From: Sulfurospirillum sp.
Lineage (GTDB): Bacteria; Campylobacterota; Campylobacteria; Campylobacterales; Sulfurospirillaceae
DNA length: 31,237 bases
Assembly (NCBI GenBank): GCA_045047115.1
Contig: JASFYR010000032.1
Coordinates: 1 to 31,237, forward strand
Direction: 5' to 3'
The notes under the pieces: model-generated
The model's input: only the letters and a program-made list of their open reading frames with translations
What the model was told of the DNA's origin: nothing
The model's database searches: none
Translations under genes and position numbers: made by a program
Shown here: piece by piece, positions 19,226 to 29,031 of the stretch
How the letters are laid out: each line of letters begins with the position of its first letter
Position numbering within the stretch: position 1 is the first letter of the stretch

Positions 19226-19266
19226 TCTTATCTATAGTATAATATTTTATTATACTATAGATAAGA
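19226..19266. promoter_or_regulatory. Perfect inverted repeat overlapping the putative psrA -10 box
   Basis: TCTTATCTATAGTATAATA-TTT-TATTATACTATAGATAAGA; TATAAT at 19238-19243; SD AAGGAGG at 19276-19282. Confidence 0.7.
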
Positions 19267-19286
19267 TAAACTTATAAGGAGGTAAT

Positions 19287-21674
19287 GTGAAAGTAGAAGT
19301 ATCTCGTAGAAGATTTCTTCAAGGCAGTGTTGCGCTTAGCATCATAGGTGGAACTACATTTAGTGCTAGCAAGCTTTTGTCTGAAGACGAACACGACCGA
19401 GGAAAGATGCAGCTGATAACCAGAACTACAAACATAAAAGCCAAAAAAGTACCATTTTTGTGCGGTATGTGTGTAAATAAATGTGCAGGAATTGCCAGAG
19501 TAGAGAAGGGTGTTGTGGTAAAACTGGACCCAAATCCGTATTTTCCAAAGTCAAGAAATATGCTTTGCCCCAGAGGAAATGCCGGAATTCAAACTCTTTA
19601 TGATCCAGATCGTCTAAAATATCCACTAGTTAGAGTTGGTGAAAGAGGTGATGGTAAATACAAAAGAGTTTCATGGGATGAGGCTTATAATGCTATACTG
19701 CATGGAACAGATAAGTTTAAAGGTCTGCTTCAAATTTTAGATGAAGAGAAAGACAACCGCTCCACTATAGGTTATTGTAATGGAGAGGGTCTGTCTAAAG
19801 AGGGCTTTGAAGAGTTGATGGGATTAAAAATCGGTACTCCAAACTATGTTGATGAGATTAGTATCTGCCTGGAGACGGTTTTGGGGGCTTATTCAGCTAC
19901 TATCGGTGCTTACGGAGAAGCTGATATGAATAATGCCGATTATGTTATCATAGCCGGTGCAAATAGAGCCGAAGCTATAATTACTCCAGATACTATGGAT
20001 ATGTTTAAAAGAAGCAAAGGAAGGGGACTAAAAACTATAGTTTTGGATCCAAGATTTACAAATACCGCAGCAAAAGCTGATAGATGGTATGCAGTCAATC
20101 CGGGAACTGATCTTGCCTTTGTTTTAGCTTTAACATATGTTGTGTTTAATGAAAATCTGTATGACAAAGAGTTTGCTAAAAAATATATGGTTGGGTATGA
20201 GGATTATAAAAATCATGTATTAAAAAATGGCTATACCCCTGAATGGGCACAAAAGATTACAAATATTCCTGCGGGTGAGATATATAAGACAGCAAGAGAG
20301 TTTATGGCTGCCCAGCACCCTATATACTATCAGGGAAGAAGAAGTGTTTTTGCCAAAAATGACTTTCAGCTTCGTCGAGCACAGGGTATCTTTCAGGGTT
20401 TAAGTGGAAATCTTGATAAAAAAGGCGGTATCATATATGGTAAAAAGTTAATACTTCCAAAAGAAGATGTTAATGCCCCGATGTATGCTCAAGCCCAAGA
20501 TAGATTTGATAAAGACGGAATTGCTATATTTGCTGACAAAACCGGCTCTTGGATTGTCTTTAGAAACATGGTATTAGAGAAAAAAAATCCATACCCGATA
20601 AGAGCTATGTTTATGAGAAAACATAATCCGATGTCAGGTGTTCCAAATACTGCCAAAACACAAGAGTTTCTTAAAAAGATGGATTTAAATGTAATGATAG
20701 ATATACTTCCTAGTGATACTACAATGTTTTGTGATGTTGTATTGCCTGAAGCTTCATATCTTGAGAGAACTTCACCAGTTGCAAGCTACGGTTTTCTTGA
20801 GCCGGCTATCGTTCAGAGAAAAGCTGCAATCAAACCACTTTATGAGTCTAAAACTCCTGAGGTTATCTATAAAGAATTGGCAGAAAAACTCACAAAACCA
20901 CTTTGGGAAAATACTCTGAAACATGATAAGGATGTCCAGAGCGATACAAAAGGCATGAAGCCAAAAGAGCTGGCTAAATATTATAAAGAGAATGGTTTTG
21001 ACTTAGCTGATGCCTGGAAAAAAACAGTAGAAGAAGAAAACAGAGAGAAGGTTGAAAAGGCCTTTGGAGAAGAGGCATGGAAAACTTTGGAAAGCAAAGG
21101 TGTTTACTATCCAAATATGGAAAAATACCATAAACAGTTAAATCCAAATGAGTACCGATATTACCCTGAAGATAAGAAAAATTACACAACAAAAGGTGAT
21201 AAGCTAAAAGTTATATGTGATTTTAAAAACTTGGCCAAAAAAGGTGTTGATCCTATGCCTACATGGAAAGATGAGTATGCTTTTAGTGTTCCAGACGGCA
21301 AGTTTAGACTTGTCACAGGAAGACATGCGCAATTTACTCAAAGTGGCACTACAAACAATATGATGCTAAGAGATTTGATTCCTACAAACTATATCTGGAT
21401 AAATAAAAGAGTAGCTAAAAAGAGAGGTATAGAGTTTGGTGATAAAGTTGAGGTCAGAAGTAGTGTCGGCAAGATTCATATAAAAGCATATCCGACAGAA
21501 AAAATAGCACCGAATATGATATTTATGCTCCATGGTTTCGGAGGAAGCAGTAAAGAGATGGAGATGGCATATGGCAATGGCGGTAATGATGCGGCAATCA
21601 TAGAAGATAAGATTGAGCCTGTATATGGAGCTGCTGTTATGCACGAGACAAATGTTGAAGTAAGGAAGGTGTAA
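19287..21674 (+). CDS. psrA: Molybdopterin oxidoreductase catalytic subunit, polysulfide/thiosulfate reductase (PsrA/PhsA) family
   Basis: Tat signal SRRRFLQ, 4Fe-4S motif CGMCVNKC…CPRG, 'LYDPDRLKYPL', candidate Mo-ligand Cys in 'SICL' and 'DVVLPEASYLER'. The substrate cannot be determined from sequence alone. Confidence 0.8.
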   Translation: MKVEVSRRRFLQGSVALSIIGGTTFSASKLLSEDEHDRGKMQLITRTTNIKAKKVPFLCGMCVNKCAGIARVEKGVVVKLDPNPYFPKSRNMLCPRGNAGIQTLYDPDRLKYPLVRVGERGDGKYKRVSWDEAYNAILHGTDKFKGLLQILDEEKDNRSTIGYCNGEGLSKEGFEELMGLKIGTPNYVDEISICLETVLGAYSATIGAYGEADMNNADYVIIAGANRAEAIITPDTMDMFKRSKGRGLKTIVLDPRFTNTAAKADRWYAVNPGTDLAFVLALTYVVFNENLYDKEFAKKYMVGYEDYKNHVLKNGYTPEWAQKITNIPAGEIYKTAREFMAAQHPIYYQGRRSVFAKNDFQLRRAQGIFQGLSGNLDKKGGIIYGKKLILPKEDVNAPMYAQAQDRFDKDGIAIFADKTGSWIVFRNMVLEKKNPYPIRAMFMRKHNPMSGVPNTAKTQEFLKKMDLNVMIDILPSDTTMFCDVVLPEASYLERTSPVASYGFLEPAIVQRKAAIKPLYESKTPEVIYKELAEKLTKPLWENTLKHDKDVQSDTKGMKPKELAKYYKENGFDLADAWKKTVEEENREKVEKAFGEEAWKTLESKGVYYPNMEKYHKQLNPNEYRYYPEDKKNYTTKGDKLKVICDFKNLAKKGVDPMPTWKDEYAFSVPDGKFRLVTGRHAQFTQSGTTNNMMLRDLIPTNYIWINKRVAKKRGIEFGDKVEVRSSVGKIHIKAYPTEKIAPNMIFMLHGFGGSSKEMEMAYGNGGNDAAIIEDKIEPVYGAAVMHETNVEVRKV

Positions 21675-21676
21675 TC

Positions 21677-22240
21677 ATGGCAAATTATGGAATGGCATTA
21701 GATTATAAAAATTGTATAAATTGTAAAGCATGTGAAGTTGCCTGTAAAGAGGAAAATGGAGTCCAGCTTGGAGCAGATAAACATCGTATATGGGTTGGAG
21801 TTAAGGAGATAGAGGGTTTGTGGCCAAATCTTAACATTGCCTCCAGTACCTTTGAACCTAGCCAATGTCAACAGTGTGAAAATGCACCTTGCCAGGAAGT
21901 TTGTCCTACTCAGGCTACTCACTATACAAAAGATGGCGTCGTGATGGTTGACGCAGATAAGTGTATCTTGTGTAGTTATTGTATGGAGGCTTGCCCTTAT
22001 GATGCAAGGTATGTGAAAGAGGATACGATGACAGTTGATAAGTGTACTTTTTGTAGTGATACAAGACTTCTCCGTGGTGAAACTACTACAGCTTGTCAGG
22101 CAACCTGTCCTACCAAGGTTAGAACTTTTGGTGATTTGGATGATCCAAACAGTGAGATTAGCATACTTTTGATGCATCGTGAGCATCGCACGCTTAAATC
22201 ACATCTTGGCACAAAGCCAAAACTATTTTATTTGATATAA
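21677..22240 (+). CDS. psrB: 4Fe-4S electron-transfer subunit (PsrB/NrfC family)
   Basis: Four Cys clusters: CINCKACEVAC, CQQCENAPCQEVCP, CILCSYCMEACP and CTFC…CQATCP. Confidence 0.88.
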   Translation: MANYGMALDYKNCINCKACEVACKEENGVQLGADKHRIWVGVKEIEGLWPNLNIASSTFEPSQCQQCENAPCQEVCPTQATHYTKDGVVMVDADKCILCSYCMEACPYDARYVKEDTMTVDKCTFCSDTRLLRGETTTACQATCPTKVRTFGDLDDPNSEISILLMHREHRTLKSHLGTKPKLFYLI

Positions 22241-22250
22241 GGAGGCAGGT

Positions 22251-23462
22251 ATGTTTGCATTAGCCGAAAAAGGTATGAAACAGATAGAAAAATTCATACC
22301 GATGAGACACACAGATATGAGAGAGTTATTGAATTTTAAAAAAACACCACTGAATCTTTTGGTAGCATTTACTACACTTGTATTCCTTGTACTTTTTGTG
22401 GTGGGGGCTACAAATTATCTTATACACGGACATCATGCTTACGGGGTTACCAGAGAGCATCCCTGGGGACTTATGATTGCGATGTATATATTTTTCGTTG
22501 TAAGTTCTACCGGGCTTTGTATCATGTCAGCAATTGGGCATGTTTTTGAAGTAAAAGTTTTGGAGCCATTTGCTAAAAGAGCAATTCACGGAGCTCTGGT
22601 GACTTTACTCAGTGGCTTTGTTGTTATATTTTTAGAGATAGGTCATCCTCTTAAAATGATGATTTACAACACAATCAGCCCGGGTCTGACTTCAGCTATA
22701 TGGGGTATGGGTGTTTTATATTCACTCTATCTTATATTTATTGTTATAGAGTTTTTCTTTTTGCTTAGACTTGATCACAAGTGGGCAAAGAGATTTGGTA
22801 TATTTGGTTTGGTTGTGGGAGTTGCAGCTCACTCGAACCTTGGAGCGGTATTTGGATTTTTAGTGGCTCGTCCAGTGGCGAACGGTATCTATTATCCGCT
22901 TTACTTTATACTCTCGGCCATGGTAACAGGATGTTATCTTATCTTTTTGATGTATGGATTTAAGTATAAATTGGATTTTCCGCCTGAAATGCAAAAAACT
23001 CTGATAGCCATGGGTAAAATTTTGGGTTTACTGTTGGCAATTTTACTATTTTTTGAGATTTGGAGAATGTTGACGGCTATATATGGTGGTATGTATGATA
23101 GAGCTGCAACTGCGATGCATATACTAAAATCTTCACCATTTTTAATAGGTGAGATTTTACTAGGGATTCTAATACCTTTTGCTGTCATATTGTTTAGTAA
23201 TGCCAAAGCTATTAAAACTATGGTTTTTGCATCTTTTGGCGGTATGATAGGTATATTTTTTATGAGATATGATTTAGTTCATGATACGCAACTGTTTCCT
23301 ATGCAGACTCTAAAGATAAGAGAGTATCAACTTCCGCCTTCTTTTATAGAGTACACTCCCAGTATGACTGAGATTTTTATAGCATTAGGTGCCATTGGTA
23401 TTGCGATTACACTTTATTATATAGGTGATAAAATTTTATATTTGGAAACTGATCCAGATTAG
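22251..23462 (+). CDS. psrC: NrfD/PsrC-family membrane anchor
   Basis: Polytopic membrane protein with 'PWGLMIAMYIFF', 'EIGHP' and 'FMRYD'; follows the A and B subunits; AAGGAGG RBS. Confidence 0.85.
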   Translation: MFALAEKGMKQIEKFIPMRHTDMRELLNFKKTPLNLLVAFTTLVFLVLFVVGATNYLIHGHHAYGVTREHPWGLMIAMYIFFVVSSTGLCIMSAIGHVFEVKVLEPFAKRAIHGALVTLLSGFVVIFLEIGHPLKMMIYNTISPGLTSAIWGMGVLYSLYLIFIVIEFFFLLRLDHKWAKRFGIFGLVVGVAAHSNLGAVFGFLVARPVANGIYYPLYFILSAMVTGCYLIFLMYGFKYKLDFPPEMQKTLIAMGKILGLLLAILLFFEIWRMLTAIYGGMYDRAATAMHILKSSPFLIGEILLGILIPFAVILFSNAKAIKTMVFASFGGMIGIFFMRYDLVHDTQLFPMQTLKIREYQLPPSFIEYTPSMTEIFIALGAIGIAITLYYIGDKILYLETDPD

Positions 23463-23470
23463 AATGAAGT

Positions 23471-23500
23471 TACATGTGAAGCCATTTGGCTTCACATGTA
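23471..23500. terminator. Probable bidirectional terminator between convergent psrC and htpG
   Basis: TACATGTGAAGCCA-TT-TGGCTTCACATGTA, a perfect inverted repeat in the 44-bp gap. Confidence 0.75.
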
Positions 23501-23506
23501 GATATT

Positions 23507-25381
23507 TTATAAAGCTTTTGCTATATATTTATTTAGTATTTTTGCGAAAGTAGCTACATCGTCTATCTTCATTCCTTCAGCCATTTTTGCTTGATCTAAT
23601 AGAAGTAGCGATATGTCTTGCAGACCTGTAAAATCCTTTTTTTCAGTAATCTTTTTGAAGATTTCATGTTTTGGATTTATCTCCAGGATTGGTTTAACTT
23701 TTGGAAGATTGTCTTGCCCCATTTGTTTTAACATCTCTTGCATTTGAAAATCAGGATCATTTTTATCATAAACAAGCACAGATGGAGAGTCACTAAGGCG
23801 AGATGAGAGTTTTACATCTTTTACATCATCTTTTAGTATCTCTTTCATTTTCACTATGACTTCTGCAAGTTCCTTTTGATCCTCTTCACTCACTTTTTTT
23901 TCATCTTTTATCTCTTCGTCAATATCAGAGTTGTTTACAGGCTTTATAGGAGTTTTATCATACTCCTGTACCATAGGTATGACTATGGCATCTACCTCTT
24001 CATCAAGCAGTAAAACCTCTATATCTTTGGCTTTAAATTGCTCTATCAAAGGAGAGTTCCTAAGCAGTGCTTCATTTTCGCCGGTGATGTAGTAGATACT
24101 TTTTTGATCCTCTTTCATGCTTTCTTTATACTCTTTTAGAGATATCAAACCATCTCTTTTACTTGACTTGAAGAGTATTAAATCCAATAGTGTATCTCTG
24201 TTTTCAAAATCACCATAAAGACCCTCTTTTAAAACTTTCCCAAAATTTTTGTAAAACTCAAGATATTTTTCACTATCTTTTTCCTTAAGTTTTTTAAGTT
24301 CGCCCAAAATCTTTTTAACTGATGCTTTTTTTATGCTCTCTAAGATTCTGTTTTGCTGTAAAATCTCTCTGCTTACATTTAGAGGCAAATCCTCAGCATC
24401 AATAATTCCGCGAACAAATCTTAGATAAGTAGGTAAAAGCTCTTTTTCGTCATCTGTTATAAAGACCCTTTTGACATATAGCTTAACACCAGGCTGATAA
24501 TCAACCCTGTATAGATCCATAGGTGGAGCAGAAGGGATATAAAAAAGAGTTTTATACTCTATCGTCCCTTCAGCTCTAGTGTGAACCCAAAGAAACGGAT
24601 CACTGCTGTCATGCGAGATTTGCTTATAAAAATCTTTATATTCCTCGTCTTTTATATTTTTTTTGTTTAGCGTCCAAAGAGCTGAAGCTTTATTTATCTG
24701 AGTCAGTTTTTTCTCAATTTTTGGCTCTTCTCCCTCTTTTTCACTGGGAATACTCTCTTCTTTATCCATATAAATTCCAAAAGGTATATGGTTGGAGTAT
24801 TTTTTTACTATCTCTTCTATCCTGTATGATTCCAAAAATTCACTCTCTTCATCCTTTACATGTAGAGTTATTTTAGTACCAAAATGAGCTTTTTTGGCCT
24901 TTTTGATTTCATATTCACCACTGGCTTCGCTTGACCACTTCCATGCCTGCTCTTCTCCTGCTTTCTTACTTAAAACCTCAATCTTGTCAGCAATCATAAA
25001 CGATGAATAAAAACCTACACCAAACTGACCGATGAGTTGTGAGTCTTTCTTTTTATCGCCACTCAACTGTGAAAGAAATGATTTTGTACCACTCTTTGCG
25101 ATGGTTCCTAGATTTTCTATCAAATCCTCTTCATTCATGCCGATCCCGGTATCACTAATGCTAAGAGTTTTTTTCTCTTTGTTTAACTCTATCTTTATCT
25201 TTGGTTCATAACTTAATGTTTTATAACTTTCATCAGTGAGTGTTAAAAAGTGTAGTTTGTCAAGTGCATCAGAAGCATTTGATATAAGCTCTCTTAAAAA
25301 TATCTCTTTATTTGAGTATAAAGAGTGAATCATAAGATCTAGAAGTTGTGTAACTTCTGTTTGAAATTGATGTTTAGCCAT
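23507..25381 (-). CDS. htpG: Chaperone HtpG (Hsp90)
   Basis: '[21 protein letters not shown]', '[10 protein letters not shown]', '[10 protein letters not shown]' and '[11 protein letters not shown]'. Confidence 0.98.
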   Translation of the reverse strand: MAKHQFQTEVTQLLDLMIHSLYSNKEIFLRELISNASDALDKLHFLTLTDESYKTLSYEPKIKIELNKEKKTLSISDTGIGMNEEDLIENLGTIAKSGTKSFLSQLSGDKKKDSQLIGQFGVGFYSSFMIADKIEVLSKKAGEEQAWKWSSEASGEYEIKKAKKAHFGTKITLHVKDEESEFLESYRIEEIVKKYSNHIPFGIYMDKEESIPSEKEGEEPKIEKKLTQINKASALWTLNKKNIKDEEYKDFYKQISHDSSDPFLWVHTRAEGTIEYKTLFYIPSAPPMDLYRVDYQPGVKLYVKRVFITDDEKELLPTYLRFVRGIIDAEDLPLNVSREILQQNRILESIKKASVKKILGELKKLKEKDSEKYLEFYKNFGKVLKEGLYGDFENRDTLLDLILFKSSKRDGLISLKEYKESMKEDQKSIYYITGENEALLRNSPLIEQFKAKDIEVLLLDEEVDAIVIPMVQEYDKTPIKPVNNSDIDEEIKDEKKVSEEDQKELAEVIVKMKEILKDDVKDVKLSSRLSDSPSVLVYDKNDPDFQMQEMLKQMGQDNLPKVKPILEINPKHEIFKKITEKKDFTGLQDISLLLLDQAKMAEGMKIDDVATFAKILNKYIAKAL

Positions 25382-25410
25382 AATTTCTCCTTAAAGTTTA
25401 ATATAAAGTA

Positions 25411-25419
25411 ATTATAGCA
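25411..25419 (-). promoter_or_regulatory. Extended -10 promoter of htpG
   Basis: TGCTATAAT on the minus strand, ~30 bp upstream of the ATG; AAGGAG RBS at 25387-25392. Confidence 0.65.
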
Positions 25420-25496
25420 AAAATATTATAAAAATTCAAGAACATTAAGTAAATATATTTATATATATTTAGTCCATTGTTATAAAGGTTGAGTAT

Positions 25497-25877
25497 TTAT
25501 ATATACAACTTCTTAAAAAGCATAATAGCTGATATGGTAGATGCTATGGTCAGGGTGACATTTAGTGTGATATTTAGAGCAACTCTGGAGTAGTCTCCAT
25601 CTTGTATCATATTTACATTTTCTAAGGAAAATGTAGAAAATGTAGTCAGTGCTCCCAAAAATCCTGTCATAACAAAAGCTTTGTATTGGGGTTCTATCAT
25701 ATTTTGGAAAAACATAGCCATAAAACCGATGATAAAACTACCCAATACATTTACACTGAGTGTTCCAATTGGAAAAAAAATATTTACATTTTTTTGAATA
25801 AAACTTGCAATCAAAAATCTTGATATTGCACCCAAAAAGCCACCAAACCCGATATATAGTAAAAGAGATAAATTCAT
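25497..25877 (-). CDS. crcB: Fluoride channel CrcB/Fluc
   Basis: 'GGFLGAISRF', 'PIGTLSVNVLGSF' and 'TGFLGALTTFSTF'. Confidence 0.96.
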   Translation of the reverse strand: MNLSLLLYIGFGGFLGAISRFLIASFIQKNVNIFFPIGTLSVNVLGSFIIGFMAMFFQNMIEPQYKAFVMTGFLGALTTFSTFSLENVNMIQDGDYSRVALNITLNVTLTIASTISAIMLFKKLYI

Positions 25878-25884
25878 GTAGTGC

Positions 25885-26220
25885 CTATTTATGCTTATAT
25901 TTTATGACTTGGGTATCACACATGGTCATTATACCTTCACTAATCATACAATCAATCTTGTCAATAAATTCAACTATCTTTTCTTCAGAGTCAATTATCT
26001 CTATAACAAGAGGCATCACCTGCGATATGGTAAAAATATTGAAACTTCTAAGTTCACTATGAGCACCGATTCCAGCAAGGCCTTTGAAGACGGTTGCCCC
26101 TGCTACACCATTTTCTTTTACTTTTTTAAGTATCTCTTCCCACAGTGGTCTGTTATCAAATTTATCTTGGTTGTCTATGTAGATACGAAGTATCTTTTTT
26201 TTGCCCAGATACCGCTTCAT
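25885..26220 (-). CDS. DUF190 (PII-like) protein
   Basis: 'LRIYI…PLWEEI…GVAGATVFKGLAGIG…PLVIEIID'; this family is commonly adjacent to crcB. Confidence 0.88.
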   Translation of the reverse strand: MKRYLGKKKILRIYIDNQDKFDNRPLWEEILKKVKENGVAGATVFKGLAGIGAHSELRSFNIFTISQVMPLVIEIIDSEEKIVEFIDKIDCMISEGIMTMCDTQVIKYKHK

Positions 26221-26918
26221 TTTATCTCTCCTTTTTCAAATTTTTCATTATATTTGTCTAAGGTTTTTTGCATATCATCTCTCGTTTTATCATACCATTT
26301 TTTATCATCTTTTGGATCAATTAAATCAAGATAATGCACTATTACCGTTCCGCTTTTTGCTTTGAAATTTTGTGAATCAAATATATTTCTTGTGTTTGCA
26401 ATAACCACGGGTTGAACTTTTAAGTTCAATTTTTCTGCCAGAAATTTTGCACCATTTTGAAACTTTAAAAGTTTTTTTCCTCTACCTCTTGTTCCTTCGG
26501 GAAATATAGCTATAACTCTGCCCTCTTTTATCCTTTGTTTGGACTCTTTGATTAACTTGACCAGTGATCTTCTGTTGTTTCTGTCTATAATTATCATTTT
26601 TGGTGCTTCAAGTATGTGTCCAAAAATCGGAATGTCTCTTATCTCTTTTTTTGCAACCCAGCACAGGTTTTTTGGATAGATTGCTTCAAGTGAAGTTATG
26701 TCCAAAAGACTTTGGTGGTTGACTAGTATAAGTTTAGCCTCCAAGTCGGGTTTGCCATTTTGTAGTATGTCAAATCCTATAAGAACTTTTTGCATTCTTG
26801 CCCAAGCTTGTCTAATTTTATATGTACTGTTTTTAAATATATACATTAAGACAATAGTGACTAAAACGGTAAAAACAAACTGTATCATTATGAAAATCGC
26901 TTTAATTCTTGATAACAT
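26217..26918 (-). CDS. plsC: 1-acyl-sn-glycerol-3-phosphate acyltransferase
   Basis: NHQSLLD and FPEGTR motifs. Confidence 0.93.
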   Translation of the reverse strand: MLSRIKAIFIMIQFVFTVLVTIVLMYIFKNSTYKIRQAWARMQKVLIGFDILQNGKPDLEAKLILVNHQSLLDITSLEAIYPKNLCWVAKKEIRDIPIFGHILEAPKMIIIDRNNRRSLVKLIKESKQRIKEGRVIAIFPEGTRGRGKKLLKFQNGAKFLAEKLNLKVQPVVIANTRNIFDSQNFKAKSGTVIVHYLDLIDPKDDKKWYDKTRDDMQKTLDKYNEKFEKGEIK

Positions 26919-28119
26919 TTTTCTCCTTTATCCAACCGATTTTTCTATTTGGCAGTATCACTTTTATATACTCCTCTCTGGTGTTAAGTTTTTGAGCTGT
27001 TATAATTTTTGGTGTGATATAAAATATTGTAGAGTTTTTTGTCGGCAATATATACACTTTTGAATTTTTTGCAACTTTTATATCTCTTAGTGGATTTATA
27101 CCCGTCAAAAACAGAGTTAAAAGTATGATAAAAAAGAGTAGATATATAATCCTCCTTCTCTTTAAAAATATCAAAAGTAAAATTACAGCCACTACGCCAT
27201 AAGTTATGTTTTTGTATAAATTAAATGAGCCTTCTTGTGGGTTTAGGTCGCTTTGTGTGCTTATATCTTCGTCACTGAGCACCAAGTTTAGAGATTTTTT
27301 TATAAATTTATTTTGTTTAATATTAAAGTATGTAAAAGTCAGTTTATCCGTATGATTTGGCACTATTGCATAATAGTAGATTCTGGACATTGGAAAATTA
27401 TCCACAAACGAATCTATCCCCCCCTTTTGTACATAAGAGAGTTTAAAATCTTTCAGGTTTGCATTCTTTGCTACGACTTCTAAAACAACCATAAGGTTTT
27501 GTTCGTCGAATTTGGTCGTTTTTACCTTTAAAACATCAAGCCAACTTGCTATGACATTTGAAAAGTATAGGTCAGTATGGAGATTGATTATATCAAGTGG
27601 CAAAGGAGGAAATTTTTGTGAAGAAGTTAGATTTCCGTCTTTATACAGTTCAAAATAGATCTGTGGAAATGTCGCATTATTTTCTTTTGCTCTTAGATAA
27701 AAAGTTTTTTCATAGATAAAATCACTCTTTTTTGTCCAGTTTTCATCACTGTTTAGCACAGCTATATTTTTTTCCGGGAGTACTCTGTTTTTAATCTGAT
27801 CAAAATTTTGTGTAGCTACTACTGTTTTTACTTTGAGTGAAAATTGCTGCCCTACAAAAATTTTACCGGGTGTTTTTTTGTAGGAGATAAAAATATTTTG
27901 TTTTTGCTCCCTCTCTTGTGATAGATTTACATCATTTGAATTTGTGTAGTTCCTAAGGGAGAGATTTGTGTCCTTTGGAAGCTCAAAAAGAGATTTAATA
28001 GATATATTGTTTTCTTTGTTTGAGGTTAAAGGTTGGGATTGATTGTTTTGGTTTACATTTATCGTATTTCCAAATACAAGCGAAGCATAAAGAGTAAAAA
28101 TCGCAAAAAATCGCATCAA
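26902..28119 (-). CDS. Exported, membrane-anchored protein with a C-terminal bacterial SH3-like domain
   Basis: Signal peptide, two TM helices near the C-terminus and 'VYILPT…YIKV…IGWI'; sits between purQ and plsC as in other Campylobacterota. Start is TTG 28119 or ATG 28116. Confidence 0.7.
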   Translation of the reverse strand: MMRFFAIFTLYASLVFGNTINVNQNNQSQPLTSNKENNISIKSLFELPKDTNLSLRNYTNSNDVNLSQEREQKQNIFISYKKTPGKIFVGQQFSLKVKTVVATQNFDQIKNRVLPEKNIAVLNSDENWTKKSDFIYEKTFYLRAKENNATFPQIYFELYKDGNLTSSQKFPPLPLDIINLHTDLYFSNVIASWLDVLKVKTTKFDEQNLMVVLEVVAKNANLKDFKLSYVQKGGIDSFVDNFPMSRIYYYAIVPNHTDKLTFTYFNIKQNKFIKKSLNLVLSDEDISTQSDLNPQEGSFNLYKNITYGVVAVILLLIFLKRRRIIYLLFFIILLTLFLTGINPLRDIKVAKNSKVYILPTKNSTIFYITPKIITAQKLNTREEYIKVILPNRKIGWIKEKNVIKN

Positions 28120-28120
28120 A

Positions 28121-28792
28121 CTACTCTAAAAAACCCTCTAACATCTTGACCCCGTCATTTGAGCCCAATATATCTTCTATAGCACGCTCGGGATGAGGCA
28201 TTAGGCCAAAGACATTTTTGTTTTCATTGCAAAGACAAGCTATAGAATTAACAGAACCGTTTGGATTCTCTTCATTGCCCTCTTTGTCGCAATATTCCAA
28301 CAAAACCTGCTCCTTGTCATAGAGCCTTTTTATTTTATCACTGTTGATGAAGTAGTTTCCCTCTCCGTGGGCGATAGGTATGTTTAAAATATCTCCAATT
28401 TCAAGTTTACTTAAAAATTTATTGTTATTATTGAGCACTTTTAAGTATTGATATTTGGATATGAAGTGTGTATTTTGATTTCGCTTCATGGCTCCTGGCA
28501 GCAACTTTGTCTCCAGAAGCATCTGAAAACCATTGCAGATACCAAGCACCATACCGCCTTTTTTTGCATACTCTACGACGGCATTCATGATAGGAGAAAA
28601 TTTAGAGATAGCAGCACTTCTGAGATAGTCCCCATAACTGAAACCACCTGGTAAAACTACCAAATCGGTATCACTTGGTAATTTATCGCTTTTGTGGAAC
28701 AGAAGCTCAACTTTGCAACCTATCTTTTCAAAAGCGTATTTTGTATCAATTTCACAGTTGGTACCGGGAAATACAGCAACTACTACTTTCAT
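28121..28792 (-). CDS. purQ: FGAM synthase glutaminase subunit
   Basis: FPGTNC, PGGFSYGDYLR, GICNGFQ, AHGEG and MPHPER. Confidence 0.97.
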   Translation of the reverse strand: MKVVVAVFPGTNCEIDTKYAFEKIGCKVELLFHKSDKLPSDTDLVVLPGGFSYGDYLRSAAISKFSPIMNAVVEYAKKGGMVLGICNGFQMLLETKLLPGAMKRNQNTHFISKYQYLKVLNNNNKFLSKLEIGDILNIPIAHGEGNYFINSDKIKRLYDKEQVLLEYCDKEGNEENPNGSVNSIACLCNENKNVFGLMPHPERAIEDILGSNDGVKMLEGFLE

Positions 28793-29031
28793 TTCTTTAT
28801 CTCTATCTCATAAGTCTCTATGACTGTATTTGCAAGCAAATCTTCACACATGCTCTTCACTCTTGATAGAGTTTCTTCTTCCTCACCATCCTCTACATCC
28901 AGGATTATCTGCTTCCCAATTCTCACATTTTTAACTTCATTGAATTGAAGAGCCAGAAGTGCATGGTGAACTGCCTTGCCCTGGGGATCTAAAACCCCTT
29001 CTTTTAGTTGTATGTTTACTATAATTTTCAT
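28789..29031 (-). CDS. purS: FGAM synthase subunit PurS
   Basis: 'LKEGVLDPQGKAV', 'VRIGK' and 'LLANTVIE'. Confidence 0.96.
   Translation of the reverse strand: MKIIVNIQLKEGVLDPQGKAVHHALLALQFNEVKNVRIGKQIILDVEDGEEEETLSRVKSMCEDLLANTVIETYEIEIKK

Noticed and set aside
25878..26220. Fluoride riboswitch upstream of crcB/DUF190
   Set aside because: There is no intergenic space (7-bp gap, with DUF190 overlapping plsC) and no recognisable aptamer consensus.
27418..27424. C7 (G7 on the coding strand) tract as a contingency locus
   Set aside because: Shorter than the G8 or longer tracts typical of Campylobacter phase variation; the ORF is intact.
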